Origin: an uncultured Clostridia bacterium
Lineage (GTDB): Bacteria; Bacillota; Clostridia; TANB77; CAG-508
DNA length: 64,000 nucleotides
Assembly: GCA_947595555.1 (NCBI GenBank)
Contig: CANQES010000001.1
Location: 208-64,207 of the forward strand
Reading direction: 5' to 3'
In this document: in pieces, positions 29,576-37,206 of the stretch
Numbering within the stretch: the stretch's first letter is position 1
Layout of the letters: every line of letters starts with the position of its first letter
The notes under the pieces: model-generated
What the model saw: the letters and a program-made list of their open reading frames with translations, nothing else
Database searches by the model: none
Told to the model about the DNA's origin: nothing
Position numbers and translations under genes: made by a program

Positions 29576-31306
29576 CTAACCATAAATAACTTCTTCATCT
29601 AATAATTCTTGTACACTCATTGCTGCCACAAAAGCCATAAAAGGATCGTTTTTTCTTAATTTTGGTTCTATTTTTTCATATTTTTTATTTCCATCTTTTC
29701 CATCTTTTACAGAAGTATTGTTAATTGCCCATCTCATTATTGCACTATTGCCTATATTTATATTTCCTTCAGCAAATGCTACTTCTATTCTTGGTGCAAC
29801 TATCGAAGCAATACTTGCTGGATATCTAATCATTCTTACTAAACCATATGGGTTTTGCTTTGTTTCAAGTGAAATTCCAAATTCCTCAAAAATTTCTTTC
29901 AAAAAATTATATCTATATGTATCTAAAACAATTTTTTTTACATTATATTTTTGCATTTCTGAAAGAATCCAAAGTATTATTTTTCTTCCATCTATACTTT
30001 CATTATCTGTAATTTCAAAGTCTTGATATCCTTCTTGTCCTATATTATCAAATGGAAATTTAATGTCATTATAAAATTTATTTTTTTTACATATCCATGT
30101 CTTACATCTCCAAATATATTCTCCATCTTTCTTAAATAAAAAACCTGCTGAAGCAAAATCTCTTAATGATGCAAAATCTATACCTACAATTGCATTTCTG
30201 CCTTTTATATCGCCTGTTGCTCTTTCTATTTTCTCATCAGCATTATCATAAGATGCTTTTATTATTAAATCCCATTCTGCAACAGCTTGTTCTTCATCTT
30301 GTTGAGGCAAATTCATTCTTTTTGCATAAAATTCTACTCTATAAGATTTCTGTTTTTTCATTTTTAGGTAATCTCTTATCAATTCATTTTTAAGAACTGG
30401 CATATATCGTAGACTAGGATTTGCTTGACACCAAACAGTTATATCTATATCATTCTTATCATTAGTTCTTAGAAATTTCTCCATTGGAATATCTACTGTT
30501 ATTAGGTCATTTATTTTATATATAATAGGTAAAAGACCTAAAGAATTATATTCTCCATTAAGTACTAGTTTTGCCATAGATAATTTTTCATCTAATGGTC
30601 CATCTCTAATTGTACCATTTGTAGTAATAGTTACCGTTCTTGCATGTTTTATTTTTCCTAAGCCAGAACTATATACATTTATTTGTTTATAATCTTCATA
30701 AGCATGCAATTCATTAAAAATAATCATTCCTGTTTGTTTTCCGTCTTTTGTTTTTGCATTAGCAGTATTATATCTTAAAATAGAATGCGTTATTTTATTT
30801 ATTACTTCTGTTTTATTCCAATAAAAATATTTTTTCATTATACTCTTATTGTTTTCCAACATGTTATAAACAATATTAAATGAATTTAAAGCTTGTTCTT
30901 CTGAAGTCGCAACTATATCTATATGATAATTTTTTACTCCATAATAATGCGTTTGTAAAAAATTTGCTAATGGCATTATCATTCCATCTTTTCCATTTCC
31001 TCTAGCCATAACAATTAAAATATCTGGAAATATTACTATATCTGGGTTTTCTTTTTCATACATAAAAAACAATGCATAAGCAAATTTTTGATATGGAAAT
31101 AGTTTATAATACCATTTTTCACAATATTTTACAGCTTTTTTGAATGTTTCTTCATCAAAAAAAACATCATCTCTCGATAATGTTGGTTTTACTATATTTT
31201 TAATTAGTAATTTTATTTCATCATCAGTTTCTTTGGGGTTCTCTTCTACAAATTTTATATATTCTTCTATTTCATTACAACAAATCATCCTCCCCTTCAC
31301 CACCAC
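29576..31306 (-). CDS. Phage terminase large subunit
   Basis: 576 aa with a Walker A-like VMARGNGKDGMI segment; sits downstream of terS. Confidence 0.8.
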   Translation of the reverse strand: MVVKGRMICCNEIEEYIKFVEENPKETDDEIKLLIKNIVKPTLSRDDVFFDEETFKKAVKYCEKWYYKLFPYQKFAYALFFMYEKENPDIVIFPDILIVMARGNGKDGMIMPLANFLQTHYYGVKNYHIDIVATSEEQALNSFNIVYNMLENNKSIMKKYFYWNKTEVINKITHSILRYNTANAKTKDGKQTGMIIFNELHAYEDYKQINVYSSGLGKIKHARTVTITTNGTIRDGPLDEKLSMAKLVLNGEYNSLGLLPIIYKINDLITVDIPMEKFLRTNDKNDIDITVWCQANPSLRYMPVLKNELIRDYLKMKKQKSYRVEFYAKRMNLPQQDEEQAVAEWDLIIKASYDNADEKIERATGDIKGRNAIVGIDFASLRDFASAGFLFKKDGEYIWRCKTWICKKNKFYNDIKFPFDNIGQEGYQDFEITDNESIDGRKIILWILSEMQKYNVKKIVLDTYRYNFLKEIFEEFGISLETKQNPYGLVRMIRYPASIASIVAPRIEVAFAEGNINIGNSAIMRWAINNTSVKDGKDGNKKYEKIEPKLRKNDPFMAFVAAMSVQELLDEEVIYG

Positions 31307-31715
31307 TTTCTTCCGGTGTTTTTAATTCTAAGTCTTGTAAGATTTTTAACATTTGTGCATTGGTTTTCAATAGTCTTTCATAACTTTCATTTGGCTTATA
31401 TGTAGTAAATCCATTTCCACCAGTTGTTTTATATCTAAGTCCATTAATATTAATATCATGTTGTAATCTTTCCTTTTGTTCAACAAAATATAAATAATCC
31501 TCAATCATATCATCAAATTGTTTTCCGAATTTATTCTGTGATAATAATTGATCTAGTAAATCTTTTCTGATTAATTCTTTTTTTTCTTGAACATCTTCCT
31601 CAAATTTCTTTACTTTTTCCATGTTTTTAATTTTTTCTTCTAAATTTTCTACTACTTTTTCTAATTCTTTTTCCCTTTTGCTTGTTGATTTTGATGTCTT
31701 TTTTTTAGTCGCCAT
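31275..31715 (-). CDS. Phage terminase small subunit (P27-family-like)
   Basis: 146 aa with a K/E-rich N-terminus and a conserved C-terminal segment YKPNESYERLLKTNAQMLKILQDLEL. Confidence 0.6.
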   Translation of the reverse strand: MATKKKTSKSTSKREKELEKVVENLEEKIKNMEKVKKFEEDVQEKKELIRKDLLDQLLSQNKFGKQFDDMIEDYLYFVEQKERLQHDININGLRYKTTGGNGFTTYKPNESYERLLKTNAQMLKILQDLELKTPEESGGEGEDDLL

Positions 31716-31830
31716 TTACATACCCCCTTTACACGCGTAAAAAAACAAAAAAGTTAAACAGTCGTTACCTCACACCCGCTCTCCATAAGCTTCTAATGGC
31801 TCCAGATTTTGACCGGGGGTGTCCTTCCTA
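31716..31830 (-). promoter_or_regulatory. GC-rich structured element immediately upstream of terS. Candidate cos / terminase recognition region or leader RNA structure
   Basis: A local GC spike (CACACCCGCTCTCCATAAGCTTCTAATGGCTCCAGATTTTGACCGGGGGTGTCC) with an imperfect inverted repeat ACACCCGC / GGGGGTGT, in a 28% GC genome. Confidence 0.3.
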
Positions 31831-32184
31831 ACATAATTGTATATTTTCTAATTTCTTTAGTTCGTTTGGTAATTCATTTTGCTTATACTTATATTCTAGC
31901 TTTGATATTATAGGCTTTCCATCTACATATTGTGTACTTGATATTATTTCTGTTATATCTTTATCCATTAGTTCATCATCCAATATAACTTCTTCACTTT
32001 GTATATTATTCTTACTTAATTCTTTTATTATTCTTCTTTGATTATCTATTTCTTCTCTATACTGTTCTATTTCTTCAGCCAAATCTTCTATTATTTGTTT
32101 ATCACTTATATATACATTATTATATTTAGCAAACATTCTTTGCTTAGTTTCTTGATATCTATCAAGTTCTTTATTTTCTTTCAT
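31828..32184 (-). CDS. Phage hypothetical protein (coiled-coil)
   Basis: 118-aa ORF upstream of terS. Confidence 0.3.
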   Translation of the reverse strand: MKENKELDRYQETKQRMFAKYNNVYISDKQIIEDLAEEIEQYREEIDNQRRIIKELSKNNIQSEEVILDDELMDKDITEIISSTQYVDGKPIISKLEYKYKQNELPNELKKLENIQLC

Positions 32185-32197
32185 CTATTTTTCCTCC

Positions 32198-32611
32198 TCA
32201 TTTATAGTTAAACATAATAGACCATCTATTACTTCTATTTCGTAGCTGTGGTCTAAATGTTTTATCTTTTTTCCGCTTCTTAAATGTGTTATCAAACAAA
32301 CCTAATTTTTCTAATATCATATTACATTCCTTTTGTGGAATATTTGATAACAACATTATTGTATTTTGCATTATATTTAATACATTTATTACATGACTTA
32401 ATTGAGCATTTAGTTTTGAACTTCCTCTAGCTAAACAATTAAAAAACATTTTCATTGATACAACTATCTCTTCTTCATCTAATAAGTATGATGCTGCAAT
32501 ACCATTTGTAAATGTTATTGTTCCAACTTTCTCATTTTCAGTATTCATTTCTTTCAATTCCGCTTCTATATTGTTTACTTTATATGCTTGCATTAAATGT
32601 TTTAATTTCAA
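32198..32611 (-). CDS. Phage hypothetical protein
   Basis: 137-aa ORF. Confidence 0.3.
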   Translation of the reverse strand: MKLKHLMQAYKVNNIEAELKEMNTENEKVGTITFTNGIAASYLLDEEEIVVSMKMFFNCLARGSSKLNAQLSHVINVLNIMQNTIMLLSNIPQKECNMILEKLGLFDNTFKKRKKDKTFRPQLRNRSNRWSIMFNYK

Positions 32612-32977
32612 TTACCATCTCTCCTTTGTTAATGGAACTTTTCTTTTTCTCCATCTCCATCTATGTCTATCTTCAATTATTTCATGTGCTTCAAAACTTA
32701 AACTTATACAATTGTTTATATCTAAAGCTAAATCTGGTCTTTCTTTAATTGGTATAATATGATGAACTGTATCTGCATTTATTATTTTTATTACTTTTGG
32801 AAAATGTTTTCCATCATTCCATTTACCTAAAAAAAATTGACACTTTCCTTTATCTCTTTTTAATACCTTTTCTCTTAATTCGTCCCAGTCTGTAGAATTA
32901 TAAAATTTATTGGTATTCCCTTTGGCAATTTCTATTTCCCAATTATAATATTTCCTTCTTGCTCTTCTTTGCTTCAC
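32612..32977 (-). CDS. HNH endonuclease (packaging-associated)
   Basis: HNH motif CQFFLGK...DTVHHIIPIKERPDL...N; located near the terminase genes. Confidence 0.75.
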   Translation of the reverse strand: MKQRRARRKYYNWEIEIAKGNTNKFYNSTDWDELREKVLKRDKGKCQFFLGKWNDGKHFPKVIKIINADTVHHIIPIKERPDLALDINNCISLSFEAHEIIEDRHRWRWRKRKVPLTKERW

Positions 32978-33195
32978 TTGATTATCCCTTTCATTATAGG
33001 TTTATTCTTCTTAGCTGTAACAATTACTTTTGTTTTCTTTTTATATTCTTCTTTTTCTTCTACTTTTTCATACTCATAACACTTAACAGTATTGTCTAAT
33101 CTTCTCCTTAATTCTTCTTGACAATACTTGTCCTTTTTACAATTACTACATATTTCTTTTAAAAATATATCAAATATGCTTTCATTTGTTTTCAT
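32974..33195 (-). CDS. Phage hypothetical protein (Cys-containing)
   Basis: 73-aa ORF. Confidence 0.3.
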   Translation of the reverse strand: MKTNESIFDIFLKEICSNCKKDKYCQEELRRRLDNTVKCYEYEKVEEKEEYKKKTKVIVTAKKNKPIMKGIIK

Positions 33196-33245
33196 AGACT
33201 ATTTTCTCCTTTACTTGTTTATAATCTTGCCTATAACATTACTCC

Positions 33246-33461
33246 TTAAATTTCAAACTTAGTCTCATATTCTTTTTTATCTTGGTCAAATGCACATTTC
33301 TCACATATTCTACGCCCACTTGAATATCTTATTACTCTTTGCCTACCACAATTTATACAATTGTTCCTATCATAGCCTATTTCTTTTCCTAATGACTTAT
33401 AAAACTCTTTTCTCTCTTTTTCTTCATCTTCCCACATTTCTTCCCAATTAGTCATTAACAT
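33246..33461 (-). CDS. Phage zinc-ribbon protein
   Basis: CINCGRQ...CEKCA. Confidence 0.35.
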   Translation of the reverse strand: MLMTNWEEMWEDEEKERKEFYKSLGKEIGYDRNNCINCGRQRVIRYSSGRRICEKCAFDQDKKEYETKFEI

Positions 33462-33465
33462 TCAC

Positions 33466-33777
33466 CTACATTCTTACTAAATTAGCCTTTTTATATAATT
33501 TAAAATTATCAAATAGCCAATTTTCTAATATATCAAAACCTTCATTATGTTCTTCTTCATTATTAGCTACAATTTCTTTATATTCACAAGTTAAAATCCA
33601 ATCTTTGTTTATAAATCCGTGTTGCCACACTTCACTTTCCCAAGAAGTCCCTCTAAATGTTCTTTCGTTCCAATTTCTTTTATGATTGCATATTTTATAA
33701 TCTGCTAATTCTTCATTTACTAAAAATGCTGTTGCATAAATTTTATGAGGATATTCATCAAAGTCGCTATACTCCAT
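33466..33777 (-). CDS. Phage hypothetical protein
   Basis: 103-aa ORF. Confidence 0.3.
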   Translation of the reverse strand: MEYSDFDEYPHKIYATAFLVNEELADYKICNHKRNWNERTFRGTSWESEVWQHGFINKDWILTCEYKEIVANNEEEHNEGFDILENWLFDNFKLYKKANLVRM

Positions 33778-33905
33778 ATATTTCCTCCTCTTTTATCCAT
33801 TCTCTTATTCCACTTAATTTATACATGAATCTTATTCCATTTACTTTATGATTTTCGCCTTGATATTTTATTGTTTGTCCAAATATATATTTACATTTAT
33901 ACATA

Positions 33906-34166
33906 CTAATCTTTCACTTTCTCTACTAAATTTGCTTTTATTAAATTATTTTGTATTTTATCTATCTCTTTAATTATTTTATTTTTAAATGTAAATTGAT
34001 ACCATCTTAAATTATAGCAAGGAAAAACCAATTCTTTTTTCTTTGGAATTATACATACATAGGCACATTTTCCTAATGGTAAATCATATTTATATGTATT
34101 GCCTTGTAAATAAAAACCAAACTTTCCTAACTCTTTCAAATCTACATTATCTTTTATTTTCCACAT
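33906..34166 (-). CDS. Phage hypothetical protein
   Basis: 86-aa ORF. Confidence 0.3.
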   Translation of the reverse strand: MWKIKDNVDLKELGKFGFYLQGNTYKYDLPLGKCAYVCIIPKKKELVFPCYNLRWYQFTFKNKIIKEIDKIQNNLIKANLVEKVKD

Positions 34167-34206
34167 TTGCTTTTATCTCCTTTAATTGTTTTATTTTTGC
34201 TTCACT

Positions 34207-34282
34207 TGGTCTAGGTCGAAGGAGTCGAACCTTCAATCTCAGGTATCCAAGACCCGCATCTTACCATCAAGACTTGACCTAG
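34207..34282 (-). tRNA. tRNA-Pro (anticodon UGG), phage-encoded, CCA-encoded
   Basis: A manual cloverleaf fits: acceptor CTAGGTC/GACCTAG with C1-G72, A73 and CCA; D-loop with GG; anticodon loop CTTGGAT; T-arm GAAGG-TTCGACT-CCTTC. Position 8 is A rather than U. Confidence 0.75.
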
Positions 34283-34357
34283 ATATTAGAACTCACTAGG
34301 AAAGTTCCTTTAACAAAAGATTAGAGAGATATTAATTAATTTATAGGAGTGTGTTGT

Positions 34358-34459
34358 ATGGATTTATATATTAACATACCTAGCATAGTTAATGGCATAA
34401 TAAAAGAGCCTATCTATTCGGTAAGCTCTTTTATTAAAACTGTATATGTGAAAGTTTAA
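34358..34459 (+). CDS. Possible small ORF (33 aa, MDLYINIPSIVNGIIKEPIYSVSSFIKTVYVKV)
   Basis: AGGAG 9 nt upstream of the ATG; falls below the ORF-track threshold. Confidence 0.2.
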   Translation: MDLYINIPSIVNGIIKEPIYSVSSFIKTVYVKV

Positions 34460-34482
34460 TGTCTTAATTTGTCCTTTTAGGT

Positions 34483-34510
34483 TGATTATTTTTCTAACTC
34501 ATAGTATAAT
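34483..34510 (+). promoter_or_regulatory. Sigma-A-type promoter TTGATT-16-TATAAT for the small toxin-like ORF
   Basis: TTGATT at 34483-34488 and TATAAT at 34505-34510. Confidence 0.5.
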
Positions 34511-34563
34511 AGCTTTGTCTTCTGTTCTATCTTCTTTTTTAAATCTTCGGAAAGGAGGTAGCA

Positions 34564-34632
34564 ATGAAAAACCTAATTCGTATCGTCGCATTAGTTGTTA
34601 TATACTTAATTCTTAAGTTGTTCAATGATTAA
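34564..34632 (+). CDS. 22-aa hydrophobic peptide (MKNLIRIVALVVIYLILKLFND), a type I toxin-like candidate
   Basis: Consensus RBS AAAGGAGG 5 nt upstream of the ATG; its own promoter and terminator; a single predicted TM helix with a charged end. Confidence 0.5.
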   Translation: MKNLIRIVALVVIYLILKLFND

Positions 34633-34633
34633 T

Positions 34634-34671
34634 GCAAAAGACTAGAGCTACCACTCTAGTCTTTTTTTGTC
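34634..34671. terminator. Bidirectional rho-independent terminator (AAAGACTAGAG / CTCTAGTCTTT)
   Basis: Perfect 11-bp inverted repeat followed by T7 on the plus strand and preceded by an A-run. Confidence 0.6.
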
Positions 34672-34784
34672 TTCTTCCAATTTCGTATCGTCCTTCTTGC
34701 GAAAAGAGGTTAAATGAATGAATAAATAATAAATAAAGAATTGAGAATTTATTATTATCATATTTAACCTTGACACTTATGTGT
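34634..34784 (-). ncRNA. Putative antisense (antitoxin-like) RNA, convergent to the small peptide gene
   Basis: A minus-strand promoter (TTGATT-17-TATAAT) predicts a roughly 150-nt transcript ending at the shared terminator. It contains GACGATACGAA, complementary to TTCGTATCGTC in the peptide mRNA. Confidence 0.3.
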
Positions 34785-34798
34785 CTATATTATTATAC
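34769..34798 (+). promoter_or_regulatory. Plus-strand promoter TTGACA-18-TATACT, face-to-face with and overlapping the minus-strand promoter
   Basis: TTGACA at 34769-34774 and TATACT at 34793-34798. It would transcribe the ORF-less 34.8-35.1 kb stretch antisense to the ArpU-like gene. Confidence 0.3.
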
Positions 34799-34819
34799 TA
34801 GAGTTGTTATTAAAAATCA
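34791..34819 (-). promoter_or_regulatory. Minus-strand sigma-A-type promoter (TTGATT-17-TATAAT) for the putative antisense RNA
   Basis: Reverse complement of 34814-34819 is TTGATT; reverse complement of 34791-34796 is TATAAT; the spacer is 17 nt. Confidence 0.4.
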
Positions 34820-35118
34820 ATACTTCTGGGTATATTTTATTAATTTTTTTATTGGGTTTTTTATAATTTTATGCTAATTCTATTACAATTATACCACTTT
34901 TATGTTGATTTTGCAAATTTTCATTAAAAAACTAGCTATAAAATAAATCTATAACTAGTCTTCATATTAAATAAAATTCGGAGCCTTTTATTTAATCCTA
35001 TTATTCTCACTTGGACTTTGGACTGGTTTCTCTCCAGTTGCGATAATTTTACTATTCTTATTATACTATATATAAATAGTAATTAATATAGAATTTTTAC
35101 CGAATTTATACCGAATTT

Positions 35119-35622
35119 TTATAGTTTGGCTATTTTTTCAATTGCCTCATCTATTATTGCTTTTATAGTCTCTCCTGTCCTTGTTTGATGATAAATTTCC
35201 CAATAAACCCTATTTCCTATATCCTCATATGTATTGCCTTCTATATAATAAGCCTCTAACATTTTTCTTTCTTTGAATTTTAATCCTTCCAGTCTATCGT
35301 CAATCGTTTCAACTTTATCTCTTAAATCTTTTATTATTTTCTCTAAAATTTCAATTTCTTTATTCAATTCATTTTTCTTTATATCATTTTTTTCTATTTT
35401 TTTGAGCACCTTATTGCTAATTTTATTTTTGCTATGTATATCTTGATTTATTCCATATGCTGATGTTAACATGGTGTCTAGCTCATCATCAGATTTTAAT
35501 TTTATCCTTGCTAACTTTAATTCTTTTAGTTTAATATTTAATTTTGCCTTGTTCTCTTTGTATTCTTTTAATAATTTAATTAGTTCTTCCTTCGTCATAA
35601 GTTTCCTCCTATGCCTTAACAT
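35119..35622 (-). CDS. Putative phage late transcriptional regulator (ArpU/RinA-like, sigma region 4-like C-terminus)
   Basis: C-terminal MLEAYYIEGNTYEDIGNRVYW...TRTGETIKAIIDEAIEKIAK looks like an HTH. Confidence 0.4.
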   Translation of the reverse strand: MLRHRRKLMTKEELIKLLKEYKENKAKLNIKLKELKLARIKLKSDDELDTMLTSAYGINQDIHSKNKISNKVLKKIEKNDIKKNELNKEIEILEKIIKDLRDKVETIDDRLEGLKFKERKMLEAYYIEGNTYEDIGNRVYWEIYHQTRTGETIKAIIDEAIEKIAKL

Positions 35623-35920
35623 ATTCTCTTACACTCTTCTCAATATCTTTAATAGTAATATCATTCCTGTAAAATCTACATGCTCTATTTTTGCAGTATA
35701 ATTCGTTTAATGCATAACATTGATTTCCTTTGTATGCAAAACAATCTTTGTTGCTTAAATCTCCTAATTTATCTACTACTATTAATTTAACTCCATCTAT
35801 TACATTAACACTTCCTAATTGCTCCGCTTCCTGTTTTGTTATTTGTATTTCTTTTATTACTTTGCCTTGCAGTAATTGCATTGACATTATTCGTTTCTGT
35901 ATTTTATCTTTTACATTCAA
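35609..35920 (-). CDS. Phage hypothetical protein
   Basis: 103-aa ORF. Confidence 0.3.
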   Translation of the reverse strand: MNVKDKIQKRIMSMQLLQGKVIKEIQITKQEAEQLGSVNVIDGVKLIVVDKLGDLSNKDCFAYKGNQCYALNELYCKNRACRFYRNDITIKDIEKSVREYVKA

Positions 35921-35927
35921 ATTATCC

Positions 35928-36131
35928 TCACTTTCCTTTCAAAAATTTATATATAACTTGTTCAACAACTCTTAGTGCCTCATAGTTTGTTATAAATCTG
36001 CCACTATGTCTGTTTCTTACTTCTGCTCGTATTATTCTTATATCCTGGTTATATTCTCTTCTATACATTTTTGCTATTTGCTCTTTACTTAATCCTTTTC
36101 TCCATTTTTCTAGAATTTCTTTTTCGTTCAT
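35928..36131 (-). CDS. Phage small HTH-like protein
   Basis: 67 aa containing LSKEQIAKMYRREYNQ. Confidence 0.3.
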   Translation of the reverse strand: MNEKEILEKWRKGLSKEQIAKMYRREYNQDIRIIRAEVRNRHSGRFITNYEALRVVEQVIYKFLKGK

Positions 36132-36163
36132 ACTACACCTCTATTGTAGTATGAGCTGTTTTA

Positions 36164-36472
36164 TTATTTTTCTTCCAATAATTCTTGAGCTAAATGTATT
36201 TTACCTTGTAAATATTTTGTTCTATTGCTTTCTTTTCCACTTTGATGTTCTAATAATAATTCATATTCTTCTTGAATTTTCTTCAATACATCTTCTATTT
36301 TCTTTTTAGGTATTGAATTTTTTAATGCTTTTAATACTGTTTCTATTGCTTCTGGTATCTTCATTATATCTTCAAATTCAGGATTATCTAAATCTCCATA
36401 AGTTTTATATTCTTTCGCTATCTTCTTTAAATACACAATTGCTTCCTCTAATTCCATTTTATCTTCGTTCAT
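36164..36472 (-). CDS. Phage hypothetical protein
   Basis: 102-aa ORF. Confidence 0.3.
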   Translation of the reverse strand: MNEDKMELEEAIVYLKKIAKEYKTYGDLDNPEFEDIMKIPEAIETVLKALKNSIPKKKIEDVLKKIQEEYELLLEHQSGKESNRTKYLQGKIHLAQELLEEK

Positions 36473-36654
36473 ATTTCCTCCAATCTAGCCTTGCAAGGCT
36501 TTTGATTTCCATTTTTATCATACTCAATTGTTGGATGAATATAACTTTGCATTTGTGACGGTTTCCATAGTTCATAATATCTTTTACATTTATTTTGACA
36601 AATTGTATTTAAACATAATGTCATATCTTTTGCTACTGGTCTTAAATCTATCAT
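36469..36654 (-). CDS. Phage hypothetical Cys-containing protein
   Basis: 61-aa ORF. Confidence 0.25.
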   Translation of the reverse strand: MIDLRPVAKDMTLCLNTICQNKCKRYYELWKPSQMQSYIHPTIEYDKNGNQKPCKARLEEI

Positions 36655-36693
36655 ATTTCCTCCTAATTACTTGCCTTAAAATTATATATAGGC

Positions 36694-37206
36694 TTATTTT
36701 TCATATTCTCTTATATTTACTGGTCTAAAATTATTTCTATCTACACCAACATTATGACATAGTTTTCCCAATTCTTGTTCTAATTCTATATTCATTGAAT
36801 GAATATGTCCATATAAATGAATATATCCGTGCATTTTTCCATTATGTTCTGCTATTGGATAATGAAACATTACATATACTTTGCCATTATATTTTAATTG
36901 TTTATAATCGCATATTTCTTCAAATAATGTTCTATCGAATTTCTTATCTTTCAAAAAATTAGAATCATGATTTCCAATTATCAAAACTTTCTTTCCATTT
37001 AGTTGTTTTAATATTTCATTGGTTTTTTCTCCCCTATACCAACTAAAATCTCCTAAAACATATACAATGTCATCTGCTCCTACAGTATCGTTCCAATTTT
37101 TTATAAGTTCTCTATCCATCTCTTCAATATCTTTATATGGTCTATTTTCATATTGAATGATATTTTTATGTCCAAAATGTAGGTCTGATGTTACAAAAAT
37201 TTCCAT
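36694..37206 (-). CDS. Calcineurin-like metallophosphoesterase
   Basis: Motifs DLHFGH, VLGDFSW, LIIGNHD and HGH. Confidence 0.75.
   Translation of the reverse strand: MEIFVTSDLHFGHKNIIQYENRPYKDIEEMDRELIKNWNDTVGADDIVYVLGDFSWYRGEKTNEILKQLNGKKVLIIGNHDSNFLKDKKFDRTLFEEICDYKQLKYNGKVYVMFHYPIAEHNGKMHGYIHLYGHIHSMNIELEQELGKLCHNVGVDRNNFRPVNIREYEK

Noticed and set aside
34207-34282. tRNA-Pro as the prophage attachment site
   Set aside because: The tRNA is 20 kb inside the element, flanked on both sides by phage genes. The integrase is a serine recombinase. A clean attL/attR core was found at 13522-13529 and 52767-52774 within a protein-coding gene instead.
35097-35125. Tandem TACCGAATTT repeats at the 3' end of the ArpU-like gene, considered as operator sites
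   Set aside because: Only two short copies overlapping the stop codon, with no matching copies elsewhere in the prophage. Insufficient support.
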